A DNA stretch of 64,000 nt from Trueperaceae bacterium (lineage in GTDB: Bacteria; Deinococcota; Deinococci; Deinococcales; Trueperaceae), in assembly GCA_965213705.1 (NCBI GenBank), contig OZ243913.1, positions 3,296,001-3,360,000 on the forward strand. Direction: 5' to 3'. The notes below the pieces were generated by a model that did no database searches, had not been told where the DNA came from, and saw nothing but the letters and a program-made list of their open reading frames with translations. The translations under genes were made by a program, and so were the position numbers. Shown in pieces: positions 1 through 10,065 of this stretch (position 1 is its first letter; every line of letters begins with the position of its first letter).

Positions 1-597
1 CGCACCCACCCTCACCTGCAAGTTTTGGACTTGGAAGCCGAAGCCAAACACCGCGGCAGCGCTTTCGGGTTGGGCAGCGAGCCGCAGCCGAGCCAGGCGA
101 CCTTTGAAAACAGCCTTGCCGTCCAACTCTTGCTGAGTCCGAGCGACGTGCTCGTCGTCGAGGACGAGTCGCGGAGCGTCGGGCGGCGCTCCGTGCCCAC
201 ACCTCTTTTTGAAACGATGCTGGCGAGCCCGGTATTGGTTTTGGAAACGACGCTGGACGACCGCGTGCAGCGTATTTTTCGGGACTACATCCAGCGCGCA
301 ACCATAGAGACGGGGTCGGCGGCGACGCTGGCGCGGCTCGAGCACAGTCTCGGCAAATTGCGGCCGCGGCTCGGCAACACGGTCGTCGACCGGTGCGTCC
401 TCAGCTTGCGAGAAGCTTATGCCGGCGGGGCCTGGCTGCTGCCGGAAGCGCACAGTGACACCATCCGCACGCTGCTCGAAGACTACTACGACCCGCTCTA
501 CCGCAAGGGCGTTCAAAAACTCGCCCGCCCCGTGCTCGCGCGGGGCACCCAAGAGGAGTTGGTGGTATGGCTCGAGACACCCTCAGCCCGTCCGTAA
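1..597 (+). CDS. mnmH: tRNA 2-selenouridine synthase (SelU/MnmH), 5'-truncated by window edge
   Basis: Motifs DLEAEAKHRGSAFG, QPSQATFEN, VEDESRSVG and LLEDYYDPLY are typical of the SelU P-loop domain; overlaps selD. Confidence 0.9.
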   Translation, partial: RTHPHLQVLDLEAEAKHRGSAFGLGSEPQPSQATFENSLAVQLLLSPSDVLVVEDESRSVGRRSVPTPLFETMLASPVLVLETTLDDRVQRIFRDYIQRATIETGSAATLARLEHSLGKLRPRLGNTVVDRCVLSLREAYAGGAWLLPEAHSDTIRTLLEDYYDPLYRKGVQKLARPVLARGTQEELVVWLETPSARP

Positions 598-1643
598 CGA
601 CCCAGGCTGCGAAACCCATCAGGCTCACCCAGACCGTCGGCAAGGGCGGGTGCGCTGCGAAAATCGCGGCCGGAACGCTGTCCCAACTGCTCGCCTCGTT
701 GCCGCGTCAACAGCATCCCGACCTCCTCGTCGGCACCGACTTCTTAGACGACGCGGCGGTGTGGCGAGTCAGCGACGAGGTCGCCATGATTCAAACGCTG
801 GACTTTTTCACGCCGATTCTGGACGACCCTTTTGATTTCGGCGCGGTCGCCGCCGCCAACGCGCTCAGCGACGTGTTCGCGATGGGCGGGCAGCCGCAGA
901 CGGCCCTTACCATCCTCGCCTATCCGCTCGACACGCTGCCGCTGGACGTGCTGAGCGCCCTCATGGCGGGCGCGATGGACAAAATCAACGAGGCGGGCGC
1001 GCTCCTCGTCGGCGGGCACTCCATCGACGACGACACCCTCAAACTCGGTTTCAGCGTGACGGGTTTCGCCCGCCCCGACGCGCTGTGGTCGAACCGCGGG
1101 GCCAGGGTGGGCGACGCGCTCGTCCTGACCAAGGCCGTCGGCACCGGCACGCTCGCGGGCGCGCTGAAAAACGACGAGCTGGGCTACAACGACTTGGCCG
1201 AGGCCGTGGCCTCGATGAAAACGCTCAACCGTTTGGACTTGGGCGCGTTGCGGGGCGAGGTCCACGCCGCGACCGACGTGACCGGTTTCGGACTGCTGGG
1301 CCACGCGCTGCACCTAGCGGAGGGCGCGGGGGTCACGCTGCGTATCGACGGGGCTGCGGTGCCGCTGCTGGCGCACGCAGAGGACACGCTAGACCGCGGC
1401 GTCCTCACCAAGGCGCACCGGACCAACACGCTGTACGTGCAAGACAAAGTCGCCGGCCGGGACGGCCTAACGCAAACGCAGTGGTGGTCGCTCGTCGACC
1501 CGCAGACGAGCGGCGGCCTGTTGTTGAGCGTCGCGCCGGAAAAGGCGGACGTTTTGCTCGAGCACGTGCGACAAACCTTTCCCCGAGCCGCCCTCGTCGG
1601 TGAGGTTGCGGAGCGCGGCGAGACCGCCCTGCACGTGTCGTGA
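567..1643 (+). CDS. selD: Selenide, water dikinase (selenophosphate synthetase), Cys-type
   Basis: GGCAAKI, DDAAV, QTLDFFTPILDDPFDFGAVAAANALSDVFAMGG, TDVTGFGLLGH, DPQTSGGLL. Confidence 0.95.
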   Translation: MARDTLSPSVTTQAAKPIRLTQTVGKGGCAAKIAAGTLSQLLASLPRQQHPDLLVGTDFLDDAAVWRVSDEVAMIQTLDFFTPILDDPFDFGAVAAANALSDVFAMGGQPQTALTILAYPLDTLPLDVLSALMAGAMDKINEAGALLVGGHSIDDDTLKLGFSVTGFARPDALWSNRGARVGDALVLTKAVGTGTLAGALKNDELGYNDLAEAVASMKTLNRLDLGALRGEVHAATDVTGFGLLGHALHLAEGAGVTLRIDGAAVPLLAHAEDTLDRGVLTKAHRTNTLYVQDKVAGRDGLTQTQWWSLVDPQTSGGLLLSVAPEKADVLLEHVRQTFPRAALVGEVAERGETALHVS

Positions 1644-2061
1644 GCCTAGGTTTTCGCGCTGTTTTGAGTTGAAACTCGAGTTTTGCGGGCAATAAAAAGG
1701 GTGACGCTTGATCATTCTTGCCACTTTGCACTCGGCACTCAATTCCTCTCCACCTTTTCCGCAAGTTTTTTTGAGCGCTTTTCGCCCGCCGCCCCAGTAC
1801 GGGCTGCGGCGTCGGCTTCGAGCCGGCGCACGAACTCGTAAAAAGCCGAACCCCCTCAACACTTGTACCGCCGAACGAGTACAAGCGCGCCTTTTGCCCG
1901 TGCCACGTGACGCGTTAGGCTCACGGGTCCTCGCACTTCGCGGTTTGACTTTTCGCGCCCGCCCACGGTGCGGCGCGGTGGGGACAGGTAAAGTCGAACC
2001 CGAGGTTGTTGACTTCTCAGCACCTCGTCCACTCAACCTGAGCCGGGGGAGGCCAAAGGGC

Positions 2062-3186
2062 GTGACCGACAACCCTTTATTGGAAAGTTTTTTTATCGCC
2101 GGGCTCGAGTGCTCCACCCACCGCCGCCGGGACGGCGTGCGGCTCGACCTGCTCGACGCGAGCGGTCACGCGCGTTTGGCCTACCAGGACTTTTGCCGCT
2201 TGAAACGTTTGGGCATGGGTGCGGCCCGCAGCGGTCTGCGCTGGCACCGGACCGAACGCTTGGACGGCACCCTGGACTTCAGCGCGGACTTGCCCCTTTT
2301 GGAAGCGGCCAGGGACGCGCGTGTGCAGGTGGTGTGGGACCTGTGCCACTACGGCTACCCGGACTTTTTGGACCCGCTGAGCCCGAAGTTTGTCGAACAC
2401 TTCGCGCGCTACGCTCGAGCGGCCGCCGAGGTCATTCAGGACCACAGCCCGGGCGGCGAGGTTTGGGTCTGCCCCGTCAACGAGATTTCGTTTTGGGCCT
2501 GGGCGGGGGGCGTAGGCTACTTCAACCCGTTTTGCGCAGGTCAAGCCGACGCGCTCAAACGCCAACTCGTGCGCGCCGCCATCGCCGCCATAGAAGCTGT
2601 TTGGGAGGTCGCGCCGGGCGCGCGCGTCGTCCACGCCGACCCGGTCATCCACATCGCACCTAAGTCGGCGAACTTGGGCGACGTGGCCGCCGCCGAAAAC
2701 CACCGCCAGGCGCAGTACCAGGCCTGGGACATGCTCTGCGGGCGAATGTACCCCGACTTAGGCGGGCGGCCCGACTACCTGGACGTGCTGGGTCTGAACT
2801 ACTACCCCAGCAACCAGTGGACCCTGGACGGGCCGCGCCTGACGCCGCGAGACCCCGGTTACCGGCCGCTGCGCGAGTTGCTGCGCGAGGTTTACTGGCG
2901 CTACGGACGGCCCCTCTTTATCGCCGAAACCGGCACCGAGGCCGAAGCGAGACCCGACTGGCTGCGTTTTGTTTGCGACGAGGTCGCCGCGGCGCACGCC
3001 CTGGGCGTGCCGGTCGGCGGCGTGTGCTGGTACCCCATCCTCAACCATCCGGGTTGGGACGACGGTCGTCACTGTCACAACGGCCTGTTCGACTACGTGG
3101 ACGCGTCCGGCGGGCGTGAGGTTCACGCGCCGCTCGCGAAAGAGTTGGCGCGGCAACAAGAGCGCTTCGTAGGTGTCGCCTCGTGA
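2062..3186 (+). CDS. GH1-like (clan A) beta-glucosidase-family protein
   Basis: FFIAGLECSTH, WDLCHYGYPD, PVNEIS (acid/base) and FIAETG (nucleophile); GTG at 2062 follows GGGGGAGG, so the 1708 start in the ORF track is likely too long. Confidence 0.8.
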   Translation: MTDNPLLESFFIAGLECSTHRRRDGVRLDLLDASGHARLAYQDFCRLKRLGMGAARSGLRWHRTERLDGTLDFSADLPLLEAARDARVQVVWDLCHYGYPDFLDPLSPKFVEHFARYARAAAEVIQDHSPGGEVWVCPVNEISFWAWAGGVGYFNPFCAGQADALKRQLVRAAIAAIEAVWEVAPGARVVHADPVIHIAPKSANLGDVAAAENHRQAQYQAWDMLCGRMYPDLGGRPDYLDVLGLNYYPSNQWTLDGPRLTPRDPGYRPLRELLREVYWRYGRPLFIAETGTEAEARPDWLRFVCDEVAAAHALGVPVGGVCWYPILNHPGWDDGRHCHNGLFDYVDASGGREVHAPLAKELARQQERFVGVAS

Positions 3187-4274
3187 GCCCGCCCCGCATC
3201 TGCCTCGTCACCGACTCGCTGCAGCCCTCCGGTTTGGGCGTTCACATGCTCACGCTCGCCAAGGAACTGGTCGGGCGCTACAACGTCTTGTTCGTGATGC
3301 CGGCGGGCGGGACGTGGCTCGAGCAAGCTCGTATCCTGGGCTGCGAAACCCTGACCTGGGACTTAGAGCGCGCCAGCCTGAGCGAGGCGCTTGAAACTCG
3401 GGGCACCCAAATTGCCCACGTCCACGCGGGCATCGGTTGGGAAGGGCACGAGGCGGTCTACGGCGCGAAGAATGCGGGCGCGCGAACCGTGCGCACCGAA
3501 CATCTTCCTTACTTGATTACGGACGAAGGCCAGAAAGCTGCCTACCGAGGCCTGGAAAACGCCGTCGACCGCTTTATCTTCGTGTCCCAGAGTGCGACTG
3601 ACAGCTACCTTGCCGCGGGCGTGCCCTGGGAAAAGGCGTCCACCGTGCCGAACGGGGTGCGGGTGCCCGCGCCGGAGCGAACCTGCGAGGCCGTGCGCGC
3701 GTCTCTCGGCGTTACCGTGGACGCGCCCCTCGTGCTGAGCGTCGGCCGCTTTACCGAACAAAAGGGGCACCGCTACTTGCTCGAGGCCCTGCCCCGCGTG
3801 CTGGCGGACATCCCCATCGCGGTGCTCGCGCTCGTGGGCGAAGGCCCGCTGGAGAACGAACTGAGAGCCCGAGCCGACGCGCTCGGCGTCGGCCAGAACG
3901 TCTTGTTTTTGGGAGGCCGCGACGACGTGCCGGACCTGCTCGGCGCGAGCGACCTGTTCGCGCTCTCTTCGCTGTTCGAAGGTTTGCCGTTGGTGGTGCT
4001 CGAGGCGATGGCCTCAGGTCTTCCCGTCGTCGGGACGAACACGTGCGGCGTTCGCGACGCCGTCCTGGACGGCGTCACCGGCCGCCTCGTCGCGCCGGGA
4101 AACCCGGCGGCGCTCGCCGCGGGACTGCTCGAGGCGCTCTGCAAACCCGACGTGCGGCGGCGCTGGGGGGTGGCCGGTCAGGCGCGTTTTCAGGCCTGTC
4201 ACCGCGCCGGACACATGGCCGCGGCGACAAGCCGCGTCTACGAACACCTTTTGGCCGGGGAGGCTGGACCATGA
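3183..4274 (+). CDS. Glycosyltransferase family 4
   Basis: SVGRFTEQKG, SSLFEGLPLVVLEAMASGLPVV; GTGA overlap with upstream gene. Confidence 0.9.
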   Translation: MSPPRICLVTDSLQPSGLGVHMLTLAKELVGRYNVLFVMPAGGTWLEQARILGCETLTWDLERASLSEALETRGTQIAHVHAGIGWEGHEAVYGAKNAGARTVRTEHLPYLITDEGQKAAYRGLENAVDRFIFVSQSATDSYLAAGVPWEKASTVPNGVRVPAPERTCEAVRASLGVTVDAPLVLSVGRFTEQKGHRYLLEALPRVLADIPIAVLALVGEGPLENELRARADALGVGQNVLFLGGRDDVPDLLGASDLFALSSLFEGLPLVVLEAMASGLPVVGTNTCGVRDAVLDGVTGRLVAPGNPAALAAGLLEALCKPDVRRRWGVAGQARFQACHRAGHMAAATSRVYEHLLAGEAGP

Positions 4275-5281
4275 CCGAAGTGCGCGTTGGATTTATCGGT
4301 GCCGGGGGCATCGCGAGCCGTCACGTGGGGAACTTGTTGGCGTTCGAGGACGTGAAGGTAGTCGCTTTCGCCGACCCGGACGCGTCAAAGGCGCAAGCGC
4401 AGGCCGCACGCTGCGGCGCGAAGACGTACCTGGACTACGCCGAGATGTTGGACGAAGAAACGCTTGACGCCCTCTACATCTGCGTGCCGCCCTTCGCCCA
4501 CGGGCCGCTCGAGCTGGCCGCTACCGAACGGGGCATCCCCTTTTTCATCGAGAAACCCCTCGCCGTGGACTTCGAAACGGCGGCGGAAGTGGCTCGAGCG
4601 GTCGAACGCACCTTGCTCGTCACCGCGGTCGGTTACCACTGGCGCTACCTCGACACGGTCGAAGAGGCGCAGGCGCGGCTCAGTGAAACCCCCGCGCGGC
4701 TCGTCCTGGGCTACTGGCTCGACGCGACGCCGCCCCCCACCTGGTGGCACCGGGACGCACTGTCCGGCGGGCAGATGGTCGAGCAAACCACGCACATCTT
4801 CGACCTGGCGCGGCTCCTCGTCGGCGAGGTTGTCGAGGTTCACGCCCTTGGCGGGCGCAGCGAACGGCCCGAGTTTCCGAGTTTGGACGTGTTCGACGCG
4901 AGCGTGGCGAGCCTTGGGTTCGCCTCGGGCGCGGTGGGGACGGTGGCTTCGACGTGTTTGCTGGGTTGGCCCCACCGCGTCGGGCTGCACCTGTTCGGCG
5001 ACCGGATAGCTGTAGAGTTGAGCGAACACGACCTGATGGTGGACGTCGGGCGCGGCCGTCCTATAAGACCGTCTGAAGGCGACCCGTTCGTGCGCGAAGA
5101 CCGCGCGTTTGTCGACGCGGTCAAGGGCGAGGCGAACCGCATTCGCACCCCTTACGCGGAAGCCCTGAAAACCCACCGCCTCGTCACCGCGGCGGCGCAC
5201 TCGGCCAGGGAAGGCCGTACGCTGTATTTGGATGAGGCTTTGCAGGCAGGGCCGCCGCAAGTCGAGGCCGTTCATGGCTGA
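4271..5281 (+). CDS. Gfo/Idh/MocA family oxidoreductase
   Basis: VGFIGAGGIA Rossmann motif, FIEKP, SGGQMVEQTTHIFD; ATGA overlap at 4271. Confidence 0.9.
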   Translation: MTEVRVGFIGAGGIASRHVGNLLAFEDVKVVAFADPDASKAQAQAARCGAKTYLDYAEMLDEETLDALYICVPPFAHGPLELAATERGIPFFIEKPLAVDFETAAEVARAVERTLLVTAVGYHWRYLDTVEEAQARLSETPARLVLGYWLDATPPPTWWHRDALSGGQMVEQTTHIFDLARLLVGEVVEVHALGGRSERPEFPSLDVFDASVASLGFASGAVGTVASTCLLGWPHRVGLHLFGDRIAVELSEHDLMVDVGRGRPIRPSEGDPFVREDRAFVDAVKGEANRIRTPYAEALKTHRLVTAAAHSAREGRTLYLDEALQAGPPQVEAVHG

Positions 5282-6416
5282 GCCGTCAGTTGTTGAACAA
5301 GCCGTTACCGAGAAGCCGATGACTGACCGGACCATCCGCTCGCTCGGCGTCCAGGCGCCCGGAGAGGCTTACTTTTTTGAATATACCGAGGGGCCGCCCC
5401 CGCCGGGACAGGCTCGAGTCGACACGCTCTACACCGGCTTGTCGACCGGCACCGAACTCACCTTTTTCCGGGGCACGAACCCCTACCTGAGCGCCCGTTG
5501 GGACGAGGACTACGGCTTGTTCCGCGAGGGCGAGCCGAGCGAGCGGTTGCCGAAACCTTTCTTGGGCTACATGGAGGTCGGGCGGGTGGGTGAGAGCCGC
5601 ACCGACGCGCTGCAAAGGGGTGAAACGATAGCCTCTACCTACGGCCACAAGACCGGCCACACGCTGAACCCCGAGGAGGATACCTACACGAAGCTGTCCG
5701 GCCTCGAGCCCGTCCTCGGCGTCTACGTCGGGCAGATGGGGCCGATCTGCGCGAACGCCCTCCTCCACGCCGCACACGAGCTGTTCGGCGCGAACGTGAC
5801 GGGTTTGGGCGACGGGGTGGCGGGGGCGCGGGTGCTGGTCACGGGCGGCGGCGTGGTGGGCCTGCTGACGGGTCTGTTCGCCCGGCACTACGGGGCCGAG
5901 GTGGTGCTGGCGAGCGGCAGCGCGCCGCGGCTCAAGGCGGCCGCGGCGCTCGGTCTTACGCCGGTCAACACGAACAGCCACGACGCGGCGCTGTTCGTCA
6001 AGTCTCACTGGCACTCTGCAACGGGCCGCGGGGCGAACCTAGCGTTTCAAACGAGCCCCGACCCGGCGAGTCTGGACACGGCGCTCCGCGCGCTCAAACC
6101 GCGGGGCACCGTCATCGACCTCGCCTTTTATCAGGGCGGCGCGGACGCGCTGCACTTAGGAAAAGCGTTTCACCACAACAGTTTGAGCATCCGCTGCGCC
6201 CAAATCGGGCGGGTGCCGTGGGGGCTCGAGCGCTGGGACCGCCGCCGTTTGTCGCTGGCGACCCTGGAGATGTTGCACGCCCACGGCGACCTCGTGCGTG
6301 AGCACGTCGTCACCGACGTCGTGCCGTTCGGCGACGCGCCCGCTTTTCTCGCTTACTTGTCCGAACGCTACCGGCCCGAGGTCATCCAGGCCGTGTTCGA
6401 GGTCGAACGTGCCTAA
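5274..6416 (+). CDS. MDR superfamily (zinc-binding-type) dehydrogenase
   Basis: TGLSTGTE, LGYMEVGRV, VTGGGVVGLL. Confidence 0.8.
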   Translation: MAEPSVVEQAVTEKPMTDRTIRSLGVQAPGEAYFFEYTEGPPPPGQARVDTLYTGLSTGTELTFFRGTNPYLSARWDEDYGLFREGEPSERLPKPFLGYMEVGRVGESRTDALQRGETIASTYGHKTGHTLNPEEDTYTKLSGLEPVLGVYVGQMGPICANALLHAAHELFGANVTGLGDGVAGARVLVTGGGVVGLLTGLFARHYGAEVVLASGSAPRLKAAAALGLTPVNTNSHDAALFVKSHWHSATGRGANLAFQTSPDPASLDTALRALKPRGTVIDLAFYQGGADALHLGKAFHHNSLSIRCAQIGRVPWGLERWDRRRLSLATLEMLHAHGDLVREHVVTDVVPFGDAPAFLAYLSERYRPEVIQAVFEVERA

Positions 6417-7530
6417 ACGCGTCTTGTTCGTGTTCAACTGGCTCGTCGTCGGCGGCGAGGAGACCGAGGTGCGGCTGCTCGCTAAGCACTTAGACCCGAA
6501 GCGTTACCGACTGGAGGTCGTTGCCTGTTTCCGCAAAGAGGGAATGCCCGAGCAAACGCACGCGCAACTTGAAGCCCTCGGCGTCCCGGTAGACCGCACG
6601 CCCTACGCCCTGTCGTTTGAGGACACGGTGAGCTACCTGGCGGGCAAGCTTCCCAACTACGACCTCGTCGTCGCCACCCAGGCCGTGCCGGACGTGGTGC
6701 CGGCGCTCGAGCGCTGCAAGCCCAACACACGGCCGCCCCTCATAGAGCACGGCGGGTTGGTCGAAGAGGCGCAGCGTGGGCCGAAACACCTTACCGCGCG
6801 TTACGTGGGCGTGTGCGGCAGCATCCGCGACGCGGCGGCGGCGCAAATGCCGGGGCGCGAACACCACGCCCTACTGATTCCCTCGATGGTTGACCTGAGC
6901 GAGTTCGACCCGCGCTGCCGCGCGTCCGTGCGGCGCGCCTGGGGCGTTGCCGAGGACGCACCCGTGTTCGGCTTCGTCGGGCGGCTCGACCGCAAAAAGC
7001 GGGTCGAGGTGTTCGTTGAGGCAGCGGCGCTCGTGCGTAGGACGCACCCCGCGGCGCGCTTCGTCGTCGTCGGCGGGCCGGACGCGTTTATGCCCGGGTA
7101 CGCAGACGAGTTGCGCGACCTGATGTGGGCGCGCGGTTTGGACGAAGCGTTGACCTTTTTGGGTGACCGCGACGACGTGCCGCGGCTGTTGACGGGTTTG
7201 GACGCGCTCGTGTGGCTGTCCCGGGGCGAGGGGATGCCCCACGTCGTCGCCGAGGCGGGCGCAGCTCGTCTGGCCGTCGTCGCCACGCCGGACAACGGGG
7301 TCTTGGAGCAAGTCACCGACGGGGAAACGGGTTTGTTCGTGCCTTACGACGACCCGGAGGCTACCGCCGCCGCCATGCGGCGACTTGCCGACGAGCCCGA
7401 GGTGCGCCGCCGGATGGGCGGCGCTCTGCGCCACAAAGTCGCGGGCTGTTACAGCACGGCGGTGGTAACCCGGCAGTGGCAAACCCTGTTCGACACGGTG
7501 CTGGCCGAAGCCGCTCCAAACAATCCTTAA
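6409..7530 (+). CDS. Glycosyltransferase family 4
   Basis: VGGEETEV, GFVGRLDRKK, SRGEGMPHVVAEAG; GTG at 6409 overlaps upstream stop. Confidence 0.88.
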   Translation: MPKRVLFVFNWLVVGGEETEVRLLAKHLDPKRYRLEVVACFRKEGMPEQTHAQLEALGVPVDRTPYALSFEDTVSYLAGKLPNYDLVVATQAVPDVVPALERCKPNTRPPLIEHGGLVEEAQRGPKHLTARYVGVCGSIRDAAAAQMPGREHHALLIPSMVDLSEFDPRCRASVRRAWGVAEDAPVFGFVGRLDRKKRVEVFVEAAALVRRTHPAARFVVVGGPDAFMPGYADELRDLMWARGLDEALTFLGDRDDVPRLLTGLDALVWLSRGEGMPHVVAEAGAARLAVVATPDNGVLEQVTDGETGLFVPYDDPEATAAAMRRLADEPEVRRRMGGALRHKVAGCYSTAVVTRQWQTLFDTVLAEAAPNNP

Positions 7531-7540
7531 AGGGGGAAAC

Positions 7541-8689
7541 GTGCAAGACATCGTTTGTTTCAGTCACCTGCGTTGGGACTTCGTGTGGCAGCGGCCGCAA
7601 CACCTGCTGTCGCGCTTGTCCAAACACGCTCGAGTTTTCTTCGTCGAGGAGCCGGTCACCAACCTCGACTCTTACGGCGAACACCTCCACCATTTCGAGG
7701 GTCGGGGCGCTGACAACGTGCGCGTGGTGCGCCTCGTCCAGCCCGCCAAAGACCACCGCTGGCTAGGGCACGGCGACCCGGCCACGCAAGACACCTACGA
7801 GAAGCTGCTGCGCGGCTTCTTAAAGCAAGAGGGCGTCACGAATCCGTTGCTCTGGTTCTACACGCCGATGGCGCTGCCCTTCGCTAAAGCCTTGCCGCAT
7901 GGGGGCGTCGTTTACGACGTGATGGACGAACTCAGCACCTTTAAGGACGCGCCCGAGGGCTTGCTGAAACGGGCCGACACCCTGTTGAAACGCGCCGACC
8001 TCGTCTTCGCCGGCGGACCGAGCCTGTGGCGCAGCCGCGTGGGGAAAAACCCGAACCTCCACCTGTTCCCGAGCGGCGTGGACGAGGCGCACTTTGAACG
8101 GGCAACTCGGTCAGACGTGGAGCGGCCCGAAGACTTGCTGGACATCGGCGGCCCCGTTCTGGGTTACTTCGGTGTTATCGACGAGCGGATGGACCTGGCG
8201 TTGCTAAAACACCTCGCCGAAGAGCGACCCGACTGGCACGTCGTCATGCTCGGCCCGGTCGTCAAAATCGAGGCAACGAGCCTGCCGCAAGCGCCGAACC
8301 TGCACTACCTCGGCATGAAAGCTTACGAGGACTTGCCCGGTTACCTCGCCCACTTCGACGTAGCGCTGATTCCTTTTGCGCTGAACGAAGCGACCGAGTT
8401 TTTGAGCCCGACGAAGACGTTGGAGTACTTAGCCGCGGATAAGCCGGTCGTGTCCACACCGCTGCCCGACGTGGTCGGCTTGTACGGCGAGGTCGTGCGC
8501 GTCGGCGCGACGCCGGCGGCGTTCTTAAGGGCGGTTGAGGCGGCCCTCGCTGAAGACCGGGCGGCGAAAACGCAGCGTCACGAACGAGCGCAGACCTTGT
8601 TGACACGCTACAGCTGGGACGCAATCGCCACCGCGATGGCCCATGAACTCGAGCAGGTCGGCGAGAGGGCGGTTGAAAGTGTCGCTTAA
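7541..8689 (+). CDS. GT-B glycosyltransferase (glf-associated type)
   Basis: CFSHLRWDFVWQRPQHLLSR, GYFGVIDERMD, SPTKTLEYLAA. Confidence 0.88.
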   Translation: MQDIVCFSHLRWDFVWQRPQHLLSRLSKHARVFFVEEPVTNLDSYGEHLHHFEGRGADNVRVVRLVQPAKDHRWLGHGDPATQDTYEKLLRGFLKQEGVTNPLLWFYTPMALPFAKALPHGGVVYDVMDELSTFKDAPEGLLKRADTLLKRADLVFAGGPSLWRSRVGKNPNLHLFPSGVDEAHFERATRSDVERPEDLLDIGGPVLGYFGVIDERMDLALLKHLAEERPDWHVVMLGPVVKIEATSLPQAPNLHYLGMKAYEDLPGYLAHFDVALIPFALNEATEFLSPTKTLEYLAADKPVVSTPLPDVVGLYGEVVRVGATPAAFLRAVEAALAEDRAAKTQRHERAQTLLTRYSWDAIATAMAHELEQVGERAVESVA

Positions 8690-8715
8690 AGGTTTGACCA
8701 TTTCAGGGGGGAAAC

Positions 8716-9879
8716 ATGTTTGACTATCTGATTGTAGGTGCCGGTTTTGCCGGCAGCGTCTTGGCTGAGCGTTTGGCAACCCAGCTCGGTAAAAAAGTCC
8801 TCGTCATCGACAAGCGCAACCACATCGCGGGCAACGCTTACGACCACTACAACGACGAGGGCGTGCTGGTCCACCGCTACGGCCCGCACATCTTCCACAC
8901 CAACTCGCGTAAAGTTTTCGACTACCTGTCACACTTTACCGAGTGGCGGCCCTACGAGCACCGGGTTAAAGCCTCGGTCGACGGCCGACTGGTGCCGCTG
9001 CCCATCAACTTAGACACCGTGAACGAACTCTATGGGCTGTCGCTGACGCAGGGCGAGCTGGAGGCATTTTTCGAGGAGAGGGCCGAGCCGGTCACAGAAA
9101 TCCGCACCTCCGAAGACGTGGTCGTCTCAAAAATCGGCCGCGAGCTGTACGAAAAGTTTTTCCGCGGCTACACCCGCAAACAGTGGGATTTGGACCCCTC
9201 AGAACTCGACGCCACCGTGACCGCGCGGGTGCCGGTGCGCTCCAACCGCGACGACCGCTACTTCGCCGACACCTACCAGGCGATGCCCGCTCGAGGCTAT
9301 ACTCGGATGTTCGAGCGCATCCTGGACCACCCGAACATCAAAATCATGCTGAACGCCTCGTTTGAAGAGGTCCGCGAGTTGGTCGAGTACGTTGACCTCA
9401 TCTACACCGGTCCGGTCGACGCTTTCTTTGGCTACCGTTACGGCAAGCTGCCCTACCGCTCGCTCTCTTTTAAGCACGAAACGCACGCTGCTGAAACCTT
9501 TCAAAGCGCCCCGGTCGTGAACTACCCGAACGAGCATCCCTACACCCGCGTGACTGAGTTCAAGTACCTCACCGGCCAGCGCCACCCCATGACGAGCGTC
9601 GTGTACGAGTATCCGCAGGCCGAGGGCGACCCCTATTACCCGGTCCCCAAACCCGAAAACGCCGCCCTGTACAAGAAATACAAGGCGCTCGCGGATGCGC
9701 TGCCGAACGTGCATTTCGTGGGGCGTTTGGCGACGTATCGCTACTACAACATGGACCAGGTCACCGCGCAGGCCTTAGCGACTTTTGACAAAATCAGCGA
9801 GAGTGTCGCAACCGCTCCAACTCTGGCACCGCGCAAGGTGTTGACGCCCCGGGGCGCACCCTCGTTGGCGAGCGACTGA
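8716..9879 (+). CDS. glf: UDP-galactopyranose mutase
   Basis: MFDYLIVGAGFAG, HRYGPHIFHTN, GRLATYRYYNMDQ. Confidence 0.97.
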   Translation: MFDYLIVGAGFAGSVLAERLATQLGKKVLVIDKRNHIAGNAYDHYNDEGVLVHRYGPHIFHTNSRKVFDYLSHFTEWRPYEHRVKASVDGRLVPLPINLDTVNELYGLSLTQGELEAFFEERAEPVTEIRTSEDVVVSKIGRELYEKFFRGYTRKQWDLDPSELDATVTARVPVRSNRDDRYFADTYQAMPARGYTRMFERILDHPNIKIMLNASFEEVRELVEYVDLIYTGPVDAFFGYRYGKLPYRSLSFKHETHAAETFQSAPVVNYPNEHPYTRVTEFKYLTGQRHPMTSVVYEYPQAEGDPYYPVPKPENAALYKKYKALADALPNVHFVGRLATYRYYNMDQVTAQALATFDKISESVATAPTLAPRKVLTPRGAPSLASD

Positions 9880-9883
9880 GAAG

Positions 9884-9956
9884 AAAGTACCGAGTACCGA
9901 GTAAAAAGTTGAAAGTAGGGGTGTTGAGGGGAGAGGGCGTCAAAGGTTTTGACCTT
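9884..9956. repeat. AGTACCG-heptamer dispersed repeat element, copy 1
   Basis: AAAGTACCGAGTACCGAGTAAAAAGT followed by a G-run segment related to the reverse complement of 42191-42245. Confidence 0.75.
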
Positions 9957-10065
9957 ATACGGATTCCGATACTACAGCTCCCCTTAGAAAAGTTTTTCGC
10001 TTACTTCTCGCTCTGCTCGCGTTTAATGTGGAAGTTAAACGGAAAGGGGTTACCGCCTCACCCCT

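Noticed and set aside
640..665. Selenocysteine recoding in selD
   Set aside because: The codon is TGC (Cys); there is no in-frame TGA.
1708..2061. N-terminal extension of the 492-aa ORF
   Set aside because: Composition looks intergenic; a good RBS and family-like sequence begin at GTG 2062.
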